A stretch of 60,515 bases of DNA, counting the filler, from Squatina squatina (lineage: Eukaryota), in assembly GCA_031763465.1 (NCBI GenBank). It is 3 parts of 3 records of this genome, joined end to end, with 100 filler letters (N's around TTAATTAATTAA, not from the genome) between each part and the next. Parts side by side here need not be neighbours in the genome. Positions count along the whole stretch, not along the records: positions 23,787 to 38,927 come from JARFOE010000001.1; positions 39,028 to 60,515 come from JARFOE010000004.1; 1 more part is not named here. One strand, 5' to 3'. Below are positions 37,800-51,849 of this stretch, one piece after another; positions within the stretch are counted from its first letter, which is position 1, and each line of letters begins with the position of its first letter. The notes below the pieces were generated by a model that saw nothing but the letters and a program-made list of their open reading frames with translations, was not told where the DNA came from and made no database searches. The position numbers and the translations under genes were made by a program.

Positions 37800-38927
37800 A
37801 CAGAAGGATTTTGCTCCTTTTCAGACACACGCTTTAATGGGAAGTGTGCGGCATCTTGATCTCTTTTTTAGTCATTTAANNNNNNNNNNNNNNNNNNNNN
37901 NNNNNNNNNNNNNNNNNNNNNNNNNNNNNNNNNNNNNNNNNNNNNNNNNNNNNNNNNNNNNNNNNNNNNNNNNNNNNNNTCATTTAATTATTTATGTTTT
38001 CCTGTGTTTTAATTTTACTTGAATACAGTGATATAGTAGATGATGGCATTATGTGAGGTGAACAATCTGATGTCCCACCTGTTCAAGCCACTTCTTCAGC
38101 TAGACTATATGCTGCCATTTGGTGGCGATTCTATTTTGTTCACCTTACTCAAAGATTAATTCCCTTCCTTCATGGTCTGTTTTAGATACATGTGATCACT
38201 GTTTTTGTATTTGTATGTCATAATTCATTTAAAGATCCCAAATGATGCTTCATGACTAAAAATATCAGGGCATGTTTGGAAAGGGGAGGGAGAAAAATAC
38301 CTTAATTTTGGAATAATACATAATGAATGAAGTGTGCAAGGTCTTTACATATTCATGTAACTGACTTTTGAAAGTATTCAAAGTGAAGGGTAAAGTCTGT
38401 TCTGAATTTATTTGAGGTAAGAGGAAGGGAGAATGTAACGGCAGATGTGAATTGGAAAGTTGCTGTTGATTAGTGTATGAACGTGTTAATTTTCTGTAAT
38501 GGTTTGAACATCCCACATAAGTTGTTAACTTAAACTTATTCAATCTGTTAGTGACTGACATTTCTGTAGCAAGTTGCAAAACTGAGACTGAGCACTTGGG
38601 AGACAAAATTATTTTTCTCATGTTCATATTGTAAAATAAGTGATGTATCACAGTTCCAACTTCAGTCACAGGTAAAGGTCTGAAACAAAGTTATTACACA
38701 GTGATGGAAAACAACTAAAAGGTTTAGATTATAATTTGAGGGAATATAAATGTGTTAAATAGCTGTATGTCAACAACATAACACAATTGCTGTGCTCTCT
38801 TAAAAATCCATTTTGTAATTTGCTAAAACTAACGACAGTACCACATGATTGTAGGAGTAATCTGATGTTGTGCTCTGTCCTCTTAACTATGTAACATCAC
38901 AGTGTTCATGACATTAATATCTCATTA

Positions 38928-39027
38928 NNNNNNNNNNNNNNNNNNNNNNNNNNNNNNNNNNNNNNNNNNNNTTAATTAATTAANNNNNNNNNNNNNNNNN
39001 NNNNNNNNNNNNNNNNNNNNNNNNNNN
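38928..39027. other. Artificial scaffold linker N44-TTAATTAATTAA-N44
   Basis: Same structure as 23687-23786. Confidence 0.95.
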
Positions 39028-40763
39028 CCCATTTGCCGAAGTAAGCAAAGGTTGGACATAATCCAGTTGCCTGAATGGTTCTTTTAATAGCCAGGCAACT
39101 AGGCAATGATTTACATCAAGCCGCAGCTCTGAAGGGGCCCATCATACAGTGATGGGAAACATTTTTGGCGTGAACATCTGTTGCCTGGCCTTTCCAGTCT
39201 GCTTCTTATTACTGAGCAAAAATATCAAAACGTTTCGAAACAGGGAATCAGTACGACTAAGTCATACTTTTAGACAAGTAATGATGTAGTTTTTAACAAC
39301 GGCATTAGTATAAATGAACTGTGACACATCATGTAATTTTTGTTCAATATTTTCAGCAATAGGTCAAACAAAGAGGCCAATGATACATGGGGTTATTTTA
39401 CTTTTAAAAGTTTCATCGCCAGACAAAATGTTATGTTTATCCTCGTACCACCCACTGGTTGTGCCTGACCTGGTTGCAGACCTCCTTCAAATCCAGTCAC
39501 AGAGGGACGTGTGAGTGACCAAAATATGACTTCGTTCTGCTACTCCTCCAGGTGGTGATGGGCTCAGGCCCCAATTCTCTGCCTCCTGTCATTGCAGGAT
39601 CCCGATTGCAATTTTGAAGCACAAATGGTTGGCATGAGCACAGAACACACTTTGCGCATTTGTATTAGACGGTGAGTGGCTAACCAAGGGACATTAAAAT
39701 AGACCAACGGTGGCTGCACCACAAATAGGCTCTAACCATTTTCATCTTTTAATTTTGTGGGGCCTGGAGAGCAAGACTCCCTCCTCCTGGCTCCACAACA
39801 ATAATTGACCCCTCAGCTAACCATTGCTTGCCCAACAGGGCCCATCGGGCTTGGGATCATCACTCCCACTTCAGTTCCTGTTTGGGTCAGAATTTAAAGA
39901 TTGCACTCATGACGTTGAAATATCAGCAGCCATCTATGTTTTTGACCCAAATGTATGTAAGGCAGACAATTCACTTTTGGCAGGCAGCAGGACAATGGCT
40001 AATGGACACAATTGAGTCACACATGCAAGGAAGTGAGAGCACAGGACTGCAATCCAAACTGAATTCTAGAGAGAAATTATAGAGACCCACAACGTGTATA
40101 TGTGATGTGGAAGACAGACAAGGAGAGAGAAAGAAATGTAAACAGGACCCACAGAGACACAGCTCACGATGGATTGGCATTTGTCCAGCTTGTCAAAGTA
40201 GTTTAAACGCCAATATGAAANNNNNNNNNNNNNNNNNNNNNNNNNNNNNNNNNNNNNNNNNNNNNNNNNNNNNNNNNNNNNNNNNNNNNNNNNNNNNNNN
40301 NNNNNNNNNNNNNNNNNNNNAGCAAGATATTAGAACTGGAAATATTTACATAACTGAAGGCAGTGCTAGATCATTGTAATATTTTTTGGCATCTAATGAG
40401 TATCTTGCCTCTGAATCAGAAACATTACATTGAAAAAGGGAGTTCCCATTCCATTCCCTGAATACCACTGCTAGACTCCACGGGCTTCAAAGTAGGCGTT
40501 GTAAGATTTACTGATTAATCAATTACATCTGTAGCCATCTAAGATGTTGAAGGCTAATTATTATTTATTCAGATGCCATTTGGGGTATTTTTTGAGATTA
40601 CATCATTCTTCTTACAATCCATACAAGTCCCATATCAATTACATTGTACCATGGATGAAATCATACATGGTTAGGCTATTACATCTTAACTGGCAAAAAG
40701 TGAGAACAGAAAGACAGCAGAGCAGAATGGATAATTGTTTTACTGAACATGAAATGCAACTTA

Positions 40764-40922
40764 CACTGGGTCCGCGGGGTCCATATCGTCGGACTGCATT
40801 ATAGCCGAAACTGCATTTTCGCGAAATCCTTTTAAAGAGCCAGTTTAAATGGGGTCCAAGACGGACTCGCATTAAACCGAGTGCCGCGCTATAGCGGGCC
40901 ACACTATAGCAGGGTCCCACTG
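40764..40922. mobile_element. Tc1/mariner (Tigger-like) MITE
   Basis: TA|cactgggtccg ... gggtcccactg|TA: imperfect TIRs with TA target duplication. Confidence 0.55.
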
Positions 40923-43900
40923 TACTTGTATCTCTATTGATTACTGAAAGAAATTAAATGGAACTTCAATTAAATTCATGGTGTTATTCAATTGAAAAAA
41001 AAGACCAAACAATGTGCCTGAGTTTGCAGCATGCGTAAACATAAAACAATAANNNNNNNNNNNNNNNNNNNNNNNNNNNNNNNNNNNNNNNNNNNNNNNN
41101 NNNNNNNNNNNNNNNNNNNNNNNNNNNNNNNNNNNNNNNNNNNNNNNNNNNNTTGTGTAAGTATGATCTAAAAATATCTTTATTTAAAGTCAAATGTATA
41201 TGACAGCAAATATAACTGGCTACAAAATATAATGTTATCATAAATGCAATCCTTATTAATGGTAGTGCCATTGATCTTATTTAAAACAGCTATTGTCAAT
41301 TAATCTTAGCAGCAAATAAAATTTCATAAATATTGGGTCCTAACTGAAATTGTTATTGTTAGAATGGAAAACTGAACTTTGCAAAGTAACCTGTTGTTAT
41401 AATAAAATGACTTGCAAATATTTACTCCTAAATGGTATAATGTGCACATGGTTTTGGTTGTATAAAACTGCTTCTTTCTTTCGAATAAATTAAGCCTTTG
41501 AGCAGTAACCTACCCCAGAAACTTTCAAAATGTGCATGTAATTTCCTGTATAAAATCGGGAAAAATGAGATTCTATGAATGCTGAATAAAGGGGTGAGAC
41601 AAAACCGCAGAACATCTCCATATGCATAGCATTCTCTGAATAAAATCAGAAACAAATCCGTAGCTTGTTACATTTTTATGTTGTGAATGAAATACAGCTA
41701 CAAACCTTGCACCATTAAAGATATGCAACCCTTGCAACTGTATCTTCAAACATTCCCTGTTATATGTCTCTGCTAATAATAAACCGGACTTGAAATTTTA
41801 AAATAGAAATCTTTATGAACAAGACTGAAATGAATGAGTTATGCTTTTTATATGGATTGTACTATTCAAGAATTACTGCAGCGATATTGTACTCCTGGTT
41901 GAGATTTTGATGTGAACAACTGTACAATAACCAGTATGGAAGAACTGAGATCAATGAAGTAAGTCTAATGCAAACTCAATCAACTTCTGCACTTATTATT
42001 TATTTAGAATGTCTTTTTTTTAATGGGCATTAAGCCTCTGACTTTACTCATATCCTTCACTGAGGGAAAAGTGATTTAAATCAGCTGTGAACAAATTAAA
42101 CCTTTCAAAGTGCTGAAAAGATTTTTGTTGGAGCTCTCCATCTAATTAGTGTTAAATCAAAGAAAAGAGAATAAAGTTAAAAAAAGCATAAAACTTGGAT
42201 AGTGCCTTTGACTACAAATCATTGCAACTTTCAAACGTGTCCCAAGGAAAGGATGTTCTGCGAGTGTCAGTCAGCAGGAGGTTTGAATTGTGGGTTAAGT
42301 GAGTCAAAAATCAAAAATAAAATCTCCACCTTTGATCTTTCTTTCCTTTTGGCATGGATTTCTTTTTTCATTTTCCCCTTCTTATAACACTCCTGCTTTT
42401 TTTTGCTACTGGCAAGTTAACCTGACTATAGTCATTGACTTTTCAAGAGGTTTCAGTTTCTATTCTCAAAGCATGTGTTTCTGATTCAGATTAGTCGATG
42501 AATGGGATCTACAGCCCAAGATACTAGGAAAGCAACACTGCAAATCACTGCGAGCAAACAAAAAATGTCCAAATGCTACCATTTTTTGTTGGAAAGGCTA
42601 ACATGTTGACCCTTTAAGGCCTGTCGTAACATTATGAAAACTATCGTTTGGGCCATTTGCAGTAAATTAGTAAATAACATTGATAAAAGGTACAGATGTG
42701 TGCAAGGAACAAGCTCACAGAAACTCTTTGGGTTAGAATCGAATATCTGGCCCCGGTGCTCAATTCTATCTTTTGTTTAAAACAAATGATTGTTTTTGAA
42801 ACTTATGTATAAACTACAGACAAAATGATGATTATACACTGCAGAAACCAGAACGTAGGCTTGAGCATTGCCTTTTATCTTTTAAATGCACAGAAATGAT
42901 GCTGTACCTTTGGCAACCAAGGAACCATGAATATTTTCATTGATGCTTAACTCTTCCTAGTCCAGTTGGAAATATTGAATAGAGAACTGGGATAACCTGT
43001 ACATGATTAATAAATGACAATAATGTTTTTCTATGCCACATAAATAGAGTACATGTCATAGACAACAGTGAAATATAATAAANNNNNNNNNNNNNNNNNN
43101 NNNNNNNNNNNNNNNNNNNNNNNNNNNNNNNNNNNNNNNNNNNNNNNNNNNNNNNNNNNNNNNNNNNNNNNNNNNNNNNNNNAAAATACTTCTGAAGAGA
43201 GGGTGAGGAAATTATATAATATTTTCTCCGAATGCCTCACGCTCCTGGACAGAGGGACGGGTAGTGACCAACTAGTTTATTGGTGAACAGTAAGATTCCT
43301 TCAGTTGTGTGTGGTGGTTGGGGGTAGCGCTGCAGAAAGAGGGTCCATATATCCTGTGATTGGCAGTTGTCCCATATTTGTTATTGGGAGTGGAGCTCTT
43401 GGGTTATGCAAACCTAAAGATGTATATAAATAAGCTTTGCATATGGTAAGCACCATTACTTCATATCACAATTTTTCAATAATAATTTTATAACCTTTGC
43501 AGTGTAGAATGTTAATTGGACATTAATAATGAGAATTCTTGTGTAAATAGTTGCCTGTCATGGTGTAGTTGCAGGCCACTCGTCCTTAGGTGCCTGCCAT
43601 TTTGTTTTCCCCACAGTTTATATTTTTCTACAATACTGAAGAACTCACTCAGATCACTGACATTTTGGAAATGTTTCTTAACCTCAACGCATATGCGTAT
43701 CCATAGCTATCCTGTACTCAGCTCAATGCAGCCCTCGAGCAATCTAGATCAACATTACAGTTTTTTCTGGAACACAGAAGCCTCGGCCACAGTCCACATG
43801 GCAAAGAACTGAGACGCCTGTCTCGTTGACATCCATATATAACCTATTCTGTTGGTGCCAATAAACCTGAATTGCAGGAGCATTTTCAGTGCTGTTGTAC

Positions 43901-44229
43901 AAGTGATGGAGACATAGTGCAGCTGTGCTGCAAGTTGCAGAACACAAAAAGTGTCCTTTGGCTGCCCTGACCCATTTACATAATTAACCTACTTATTTTA
44001 ACTATGACATGTACTAAAGATGTGCCAGTAATGCTGTCACACTTGTTCTGTAAATGCAAGGCCATCACACTCTCCTTTTTCTAAATATACACCTTAAATT
44101 AGTTGGCATTAAATATTTAAAACTCAGTCCGAGTCCTAATATAAAAATACATAAGTGGTTCAAATTTACATACATAGGAAAGTTCAGGAATGGAACAGAC
44201 TACGCAGTCTACCTGACCAGTCTCAAAGA

Positions 44230-44470
44230 CTAATAGCTCTGAATCACCCACTGCCTCAAATAGCTATCCAATTCTTCTTTCACTTTTTCCAAACATCTGC
44301 TGTCTTGGAAAGCCCATCTCACACATTCACCATCTTCCCTGCTCAAAGCACAAGCCTATGCCCTCTGGTTCCAATTTCAAACATATTATTATGATTCAGT
44401 TTATTTATTCTCGTAAGAATCTTGAATACTTGACTGATGTCTCCCCTGAGCCTTATCTTCTTCAGAGTAA
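44230..44470 (-). mobile_element. Degenerate CR1 ORF2 C-terminal fragment
   Basis: LFTLKKIRLRGDISQVFKIL...TRGH on minus strand. Confidence 0.65.
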
Positions 44471-45514
44471 ACAACTGTAGGCTCCAGCATAAGTTCCAAG
44501 GTGTGCCCCAACTTGCACATCCGCTACCGACCCAATCAAAGCTTGCACAGTCAGAGAGGTCCCACCATTTAAAAGCCTTCAGCGGGGCGAGGAACACATC
44601 TGCCACCCCTCCCCCTCTCCCCGCCCCTCAGTCCAAGAGGTTGGAAAGATTGGATGAAGAGTTCCAGAATGAGGGGAACACTTACGAAGAGAGCCCGCTT
44701 GAAAACTTTGGGGGAAAAAATGTGATTGCCCTATTTTTGGGGATTCAGGCCTCAATCCTGGTTTGGACTCCAGATGATTTCTATGTGTGCTGGTGTGTTG
44801 GCAGGTTTACTGGGTTCCTCCAAACAGCAGGAACATGGCAACTCTTGACCACACCTCCCGCCCACCTCCCTTACAATGATGGCCTTGTTGGAGATGGGCA
44901 GAGTTTTCTTAATTCTCAAGTGGAGTAACCAGGTCCCAGCCTAGTTCTTGGCTGTTCCATCATACTCCTGCCAAAATTATGTCAGTGTACAATGAAGCAA
45001 TAATGGATTGTCAAGGCCTATTCCTTTCAGCAATTCCTCCGCCTCTCTGAAATTCAACTTTTGTATTGAGCAGATTGCTATGGTCTCTCCTGCAGAAAAG
45101 AAGAAATCATTTCAGATATTTGCAATCCTTTGCTAACTTGATAAGATGTTACCTTTGGATCTTGCTGCAAATATACTTATTGAAATATTTGACATTTCTT
45201 TTAAAAAGTCCCTACTACCCTACCTTCAATTCCTATTGTAGTTCCACTGACCAACTCCTTAATTTACTTTGTTTTTAAATTTGTCTTAGTCCAACCTACT
45301 ACCTGAAGCTCCATGCCTTCGGAACAATCTCTCGTTTCCCCTTATTCCTGACGTGGCTTCCATTAATGGCCACCTCGGTCTTTTCCTTCCATTGCCTTTC
45401 TTTCTTANNNNNNNNNNNNNNNNNNNNNNNNNNNNNNNNNNNNNNNNNNNNNNNNNNNNNNNNNNNNNNNNNNNNNNNNNNNNNNNNNNNNNNNNNNNNN
45501 NNNNNNNATATTAT

Positions 45515-45925
45515 ATACAACAACTTGTATTTCTATAGCACCTTTAACAGAGTAAAATGTCCCAAGGCGCTTCACAGGAATATTGTAAGACAAAAATTTG
45601 ACACAGCCACGAAAGAAAAAATGATGCAGGTGACCAAAAGCTTGGTCAAAGAGGTAGGTTTTAAGGAGCAGCTTAAAGGAGGAAAGAGAGGCAGAGAGGT
45701 TTAGGGAGGGAGTTCCAGAGCTTAGAGCCTTGGCAGCTGAAGGCACGGCCACCAATGTTTGAAAGATTATAATCAGGGATGATCAAGAGGGAAGAGTGAG
45801 AGGAGCATCGATATCTCGTGGGGTTATGGGGCTGGAGAAGATTACAGAGATAGGGAGGGATGAGGCCATGGAGGGATTTGAAAAAAAAGGGTGAGAATTT
45901 TGAACTCGAGGCGTTGCTTAACCGG
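45515..45925 (-). mobile_element. L2 LINE 3' end
   Basis: FKSLHGLIPPYLCNLLQP...GGRAFSCQGSKLWNSLP and SSFKLLLKTYLFDQAF; tail matches 30841-31237. Confidence 0.85.
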
Positions 45926-45939
45926 GAATATAAAAAGAT

Positions 45940-46230
45940 AGAAAGAACTTGCACTGCATTTATACAGCATAACCTCAGGACATCCCAAAGTGCTTTACAG
46001 CCATTCAAGTACTTTTGAGGTGCGGTCACTGCTGTAAAGTAGTGAAACGCAGCAGCCAATTTTCGCACAGCAAGCTCCCACAAACAGCAAACATCATAAT
46101 GGCCAGATAATCTGCTTTTTAATGCTGTTGATTGAGGGATAAATATTGGCCAGGTCACCTGGGTGAACTCCCCATGCTCTTCTTCAATATAGCTCCGTGG
46201 GATCCCTTTTACGTCCACCTTGAGAGGACC
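45940..46230 (-). mobile_element. Deu-domain SINE (core and tail)
   Basis: Reverse complement of 4460-4720. Confidence 0.85.
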
Positions 46231-46239
46231 TCTCAATCC

Positions 46240-46460
46240 ATTGATGTTTGGGGAAAGCGGAGAGACAGAGAGGATAACATTTGGAGGAGGGAAAGTGAAC
46301 TTTAAGTACAGACGTTCAATTGTAAAAATGTTGATGTATGGATGAGCTGGAGCATGTTCCAGAATGAGAAGTGTTTCATCAGGAAGCTGCGTCTGTCAGA
46401 GGTATCATTTAACAAGTAGCTCAAGGAAGCATTGTTGGATCAGTTGCCATTCCTCCGACT
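46240..46460 (-). pseudogene. Degraded pogo/Tigger DDE transposase fragment
   Basis: Minus strand QQCFLELLVK*YL*QTQLPDETLLILEHAPAHP...FPPPNV...SMD resembles CFVPEVK.YL...LLILDNAPAHP...FLPPNTTS.IQPMD. Confidence 0.5.
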
Positions 46461-47945
46461 TTTCTTTCGCATGCAGTAATGAGTGGCCAGTAATACAACA
46501 TTGCTATTTTTCAAACACTGTGGCGTCTCGGCCCCACCAACACAAAGTCAATTTCAATTTGTGCTCCCCGAAGACACCAGCAAAGATCTGACAATGCTAT
46601 TCTGTTATTGCTGCCTTCAAATCTTTCAGCACTGTGCTCATTGCTGGCAGCTGGCATGTCTCGGGGCAAGCACTTCCAAAGCAATCTGGTCTCATCGCAG
46701 TCTTAAACTCGATGTCTCCTTCAATCTCTCCTAGCAGTGACTTCTCCAACGCCTTGATGAATGTCGGAACAAGAGCAAGCCACTCAGCCCCTCGAACCGG
46801 TTTCATCATTCAATAACATCAGGACTGATCTGTAACTTAATTCCATTTACGCACCTTTTATCCACATCCCTTGACACCCTTATCTCACAAAAATTTATCA
46901 ATCTCAGTCATGAAAATTTCAATTGACGCAGTATCCACAGGCTTTTGAGGGAGAAAATATTTTATCTTCCAACACTCCTGTGAAGAGTCTTGGGATATTT
47001 TACTACAATAAAGTCATCATATAAATACAAGTTGTTGTTGATGTTGTTATTATTGTTTATAATATAACTCAAACCTAAACTATAGAACATAGGTATAAGT
47101 ATACTCATGATATAGAAGCAGAATAGTATATGTTCTGTATATTCTACGCTCCAACAACAGACATACTGCTGTCCCAAAGGTATCAGTCAACATAATGCCA
47201 TGATGCAAGTTGTCAGTTAACCTGGAAGCAATGAAGGATGCTAGCATAATTACACTGATGCTGTGCTGGAACCCAATTACACTTCCGGATTTTCTGTGTG
47301 AAGCCAGTGCTGAACTCATGACCTCTTTCTAGGAAGGGATAAGAGTTCAGCAATTTTATGGGCTCCTAAGTGTGACTCCGATTACTGCAGACTGATTCAT
47401 AAGGTTCTGTAGATCATCAGGGCACATAAACACATCCTCTCTCCCATTTTAACACTAGACATATTTTCCTCTGTTAAAGAATAATCTTTTACTAATCCAT
47501 CATTTGTTTATAATCAAAGTTTAGTCAAAGAATATATCTATAACTTTATACACAGAGGAAAATATATGCTCATGAAATGCACATGCAGATCCAATACTAA
47601 ACTGCCAAGGAATTGGATAAAGACTGCCANNNNNNNNNNNNNNNNNNNNNNNNNNNNNNNNNNNNNNNNNNNNNNNNNNNNNNNNNNNNNNNNNNNNNNN
47701 NNNNNNNNNNNNNNNNNNNNNNNNNNNNNCTTTCTCCCTCTGCCTCTCCCTCTCCCTGCTTTTGTCTCCACCATTGTCTTCATATAAGTAACCTCCGACG
47801 GTGACGTAGGAGCAAGAGGTCGAATGCCAAAGCAGCCCCCATGAAACAAGATAAATGTTGTGATTTGAAATCTGCCCTGAATGATATGGGGAATAGTTAG
47901 GAGGCAGAACAATCCTTGCGATCTAGCCACCAGCCACTCTGACTA

Positions 47946-48270
47946 TAAGAACATAAGAAATAGAAGCAGGATAGGCCATTCAGCCCCTTGACCCTGTCAT
48001 GAGATCATGGCTGATCTGTTTTTGGCCTCAACTTCACTTTCCTGCCGGTTCCCCATAACCCTTGTCACGCCTGTAGTTCAATCTCAGCCTTGGATATATT
48101 CAATGACTCAGCTTCCACAGATCTCTGGGGTATAGAATTCCAAAGATTCACAACCCTCTGAGAGAAAAAATTCCTCCTCATCTCCGGCTTAAATGGGCGA
48201 CCCCTTATTCTAAAGCTACCCCCCCTAGTTCTAGATTCCCTGATGAGGCGAAACACCTTCTCAGCATCTA
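47946..48270 (-). mobile_element. CR1-type LINE 3' end
   Basis: ESRTRGGSFRIRGRPFKPEMRRNFFSQRVVNLWNSIPQ and tail (agaacataagaa on +). Confidence 0.85.
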
Positions 48271-50389
48271 TGTGTTAGCAAACTGCAAAGAGTAATGGCC
48301 GACAACATTTTTTTCCAAGATGGCACCTTTAAATAACGCTCCTCCAGTTGACTCCCGACTCCAACTCGACAGCTGAAGCTGTTGTTGTCACCGCCAGGCA
48401 GTAGATGAGGGTGCACGGCTGAACTTCACTTCCGGGGCGGTAACAGGGCGCCGCGCACGGCGATGACATCATTATCGGTGCGTGCAGTCGAGCGGGGTAC
48501 TTCCGGCTGGAGCGAGCGTAAAGCCTCTGCAAACCCCCCGCCCAATTCCACAGGGTGGGTGGGGGGGGAGCTGTTATCGCCGCGCCTGGGCAAAAAACAT
48601 TTTGCACCCTGGCACAAGACTGCAAATCTGTAAAACCACACCTGCCTGTTACGAACAAACAGTTTCTATACATCTGGAGGAGAAATGGTTTGATCATTAA
48701 GAGCCTGACCACCATGAAAGGGTATTAGTTTCAATCTGCACATGGAAGTCAATTAGACTCTTAAACTGCAAACGAATGTGATGTCTGTCTGGTATACTTG
48801 TCTTTTGGTCACACAATACCTTGGGACCCTGCTGAGGGGTAAATGCTCTTTTATGGCTTTAGCTGCAGTTATTGTGTAAACACAGTAAAGTTTTATGAGA
48901 AAAATCACCAGTTCACCAGTGAAGCTGACAGCTATTTGCCCACATAACAGAAACCAGGTATGGTATAAATGAGTAAATGTGGGTTTTATTCAGTTCTGTG
49001 TGAATGGCAGTCGTTAGAAATCTTCAGAACTCTCTGGCTTTGGTAAAACAAGATAGTTCGATCCACAGCTGGCAGGTCTCAATAATGATAGTGCAATAGA
49101 ACAGCTAATGCAAATGGCCACGGGTCCCCACAGACCAGTCATCCGAAGGGGAGTGATAGTATAGGAAATAGCACTTNNNNNNNNNNNNNNNNNNNNNNNN
49201 NNNNNNNNNNNNNNNNNNNNNNNNNNNNNNNNNNNNNNNNNNNNNNNNNNNNNNNNNNNNNNNNNNNNNNNNNNNNTTTATAATACAGAGCCTTTTAAGA
49301 TGATCACCATGCATAATGGCTGAAACTAATATGATCAAAATGTTCTATATTTTTTTCAGTGTGCTATAAATAGAAACATGTTTCATGTCTTCTGTACTTC
49401 ATTTCAGTTAAGCTCTGCAACACTTAGGTTGGGTTTGTAAAAAATCCGAAACGAACGAGATACTTGAGGGTTTAATTCCTTCGGATAGTGCATGGGTTGA
49501 TGCATTTGTGTAAATTTTTGTTGTGCAGTATTTTAACGTGCTTGTTAACTTTTTAAAATAAAATTAGGTAGCATTCAAATAGCACACAAAGGAATTTTGA
49601 ATGAATGCATTAACCATTTCACTACCAGAAGAAATTAAAACCCCATTTTTGAAAGTAGACATGGGAATACTCCTATGCGGTACTCAAAGTGTCACAAAAT
49701 ATTTCTGCTGTGTTACCCATGGTGTAACAAATAGTCAGGTTTCAGTTCAGGACCAGTTTGAATCTGTGCCAGGCACATTCACATAACTCAGTAGTCTGAA
49801 CTCTACTGAACTGGGTCTGAGTCTACCTGAACTGTCCTGGGTCCAGTCCATCTTGTAGTATGGAAGATTTGCCCCTGTCTCCATTTGGGAAAAACCTGGT
49901 ATGTCACGTTTTGGCATGTGTAGCTCAGAACAGCTGTCCCAGCCTCACTAATGAAACTTCAGCGTCTTCTAATTCTCACATGGGACGAACATGGGGGCTC
50001 TGATCTTCTTAGCATGTGGAGATCAGATCAGGCTTTTGTTAACAAAGCACTTGGCCTTCTTTCTGCTGACTCCAACCATTTCTAAAGCAAACATTCAGGC
50101 CAACATGATTTTAATGCAGTGGGAATAAAGCATTAATGTAGAGTAGTCTTGATAATCGGACATATTAGCCAATAGCTTCCATTCTTCCTTGAGGTGGAAG
50201 TTAATATAGCAACAGCAAACAAGCAGACATGTCTGGGTGTTTCTGGGCTCCACCAAGTTCCTGCCAGATACACTGCTGTAAGGCCCAACGGTACATACAC
50301 CTGCAGAACTTAAGCATAGATGTTATTCAGGGTCACATGGGTCTAACCCAGCATAAATTGAACAGTAATCAATCTCAACGGGGTTGGAA

Positions 50390-50515
50390 TTCGAAAGTGA
50401 GGAAGTGATCCTTCAGTACTATAGAGCCTTGCTCAGACCCGATCTGCAGTACTGTGTCCAGTTTTGGGTACTGAACCTCGGGGAATATACATTGGCTTTG
50501 GAAAGGGTATAGGGG
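50390..50515 (+). mobile_element. CR1 ORF2 fragment
   Basis: YRALLRPDLQYCVQFW...ALERV resembles YKALVRPHLEYCVQFW...LERVQRR. Confidence 0.6.
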
Positions 50516-51190
50516 AGGAGCTGGAGGCAGATTGTGTTCAGGACCTGAGTGAGCAAGAGACTCATGAGGTCTGGGAAGGAGGGAGGATGCAGCGGAGCAA
50601 GCTGCATGGATCCATCTTTGTAATAAAGGTACTTGAGGTGATGGTGGCATGGGTAGAGGAGAGTAGTTTAAGGGGGTGGGCGATTGTCAAAAAGGGACCC
50701 TGGGTTCTGCTTGCCCACCAGGAGATCCTGGAATAGTGGGTGGAAGTGAAGCATGACAATACCGACATGGTCATGCCAGATTTGACAAATGGCTAGATGT
50801 AGTGGAACAATTTAAATTATGTATGCATTATCGTTTTGTGCTCGGGTATGCTGTAGACTACACCCCTCAGACTTGAGGGAGTCAAGGTGGGAGCTGTTTT
50901 GGCAGAGGGAAAACACCAGGGATGGGATACACTGTTGGCTTTTCTGGAAACAAAAGCATCTACGATAGAGGAGAGAGCGCAAATAAGCAGATCAACCACA
51001 GCTGAGGGGGTCATGATGAGTGGAGGACCAGAAGCTAGGGATTTGAGGCCAAAGTTGTAAGGATCCTGGGGTGGAGATTTTTTTCATGGGTGGATGATTA
51101 AAGTTGTGGAATTATTGAGGGGTGGAAGAAATTGGTTGGTGTGAGAGAGACATGGAAGTGATCAGTGATATCCTCAGCTGAAATTAAGAC
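50516..51190 (-). mobile_element. Degenerate L2 ORF2 internal fragment, interrupted at ~50795-50832
   Basis: Minus-strand pieces AVVDLL..ALSSIVDAFV, HYSRI, FITKMD resemble the L2 EN-RT linker region. Confidence 0.5.
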
Positions 51191-51849
51191 CACAGGTACT
51201 GAAAAGCCATGATGGAGAAGTGCATTTTTTTTAACAGTTAGATCAGATAGCTTTAAAGTCTCTGCTATTGCTCTCTTGCCGATTCATGTTGTAGAATTCA
51301 GTGCAAAATGGAGATTGTTGGGCAGGCCAGGGACACACAATGGAAGACAGAAACCAGGAGTTTAAAAGTTAAAGTCTGCAAACTCCTGTCAATCAAAACG
51401 AACAATGCATATGGTAATGTGAAGCTTCCAGCCACAAAGACTGGAATGCGTTTATTGAAGAAAACCACTCATAAGCACCATGTGGTTCTAAGTGCTGATA
51501 CCTTGCGACAGGACATGATTAGATGTAGTGGAACAATTTAAATTATGTATGCATTATCATCAACCAAAACACAGAAAATCATCTTCACCCGTACAACATA
51601 ATACCTTTTAAAACCAGACTTTAAAACGAGTCTCAGAAAAGACAATGGTGACTGGGGACTCCGCCCAGCCACACAAATGTGATGCAAAATCTCACATTCC
51701 AGAGACATTACTCATCGACACGATGAGGTACAGGAAAACAAATTGGCATAAACACCTAAGTGCTGGAAGAATACAGTACAGATCAAGTAAAAACAGTACA
51801 GGTGTTGAATACGGATATCACTGCTAATCACACCAATATCGGATCATTA

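Noticed and set aside
44437-44928. 163-aa ORF
   Set aside because: Starts antisense in a CR1 fragment; no domain or splice support
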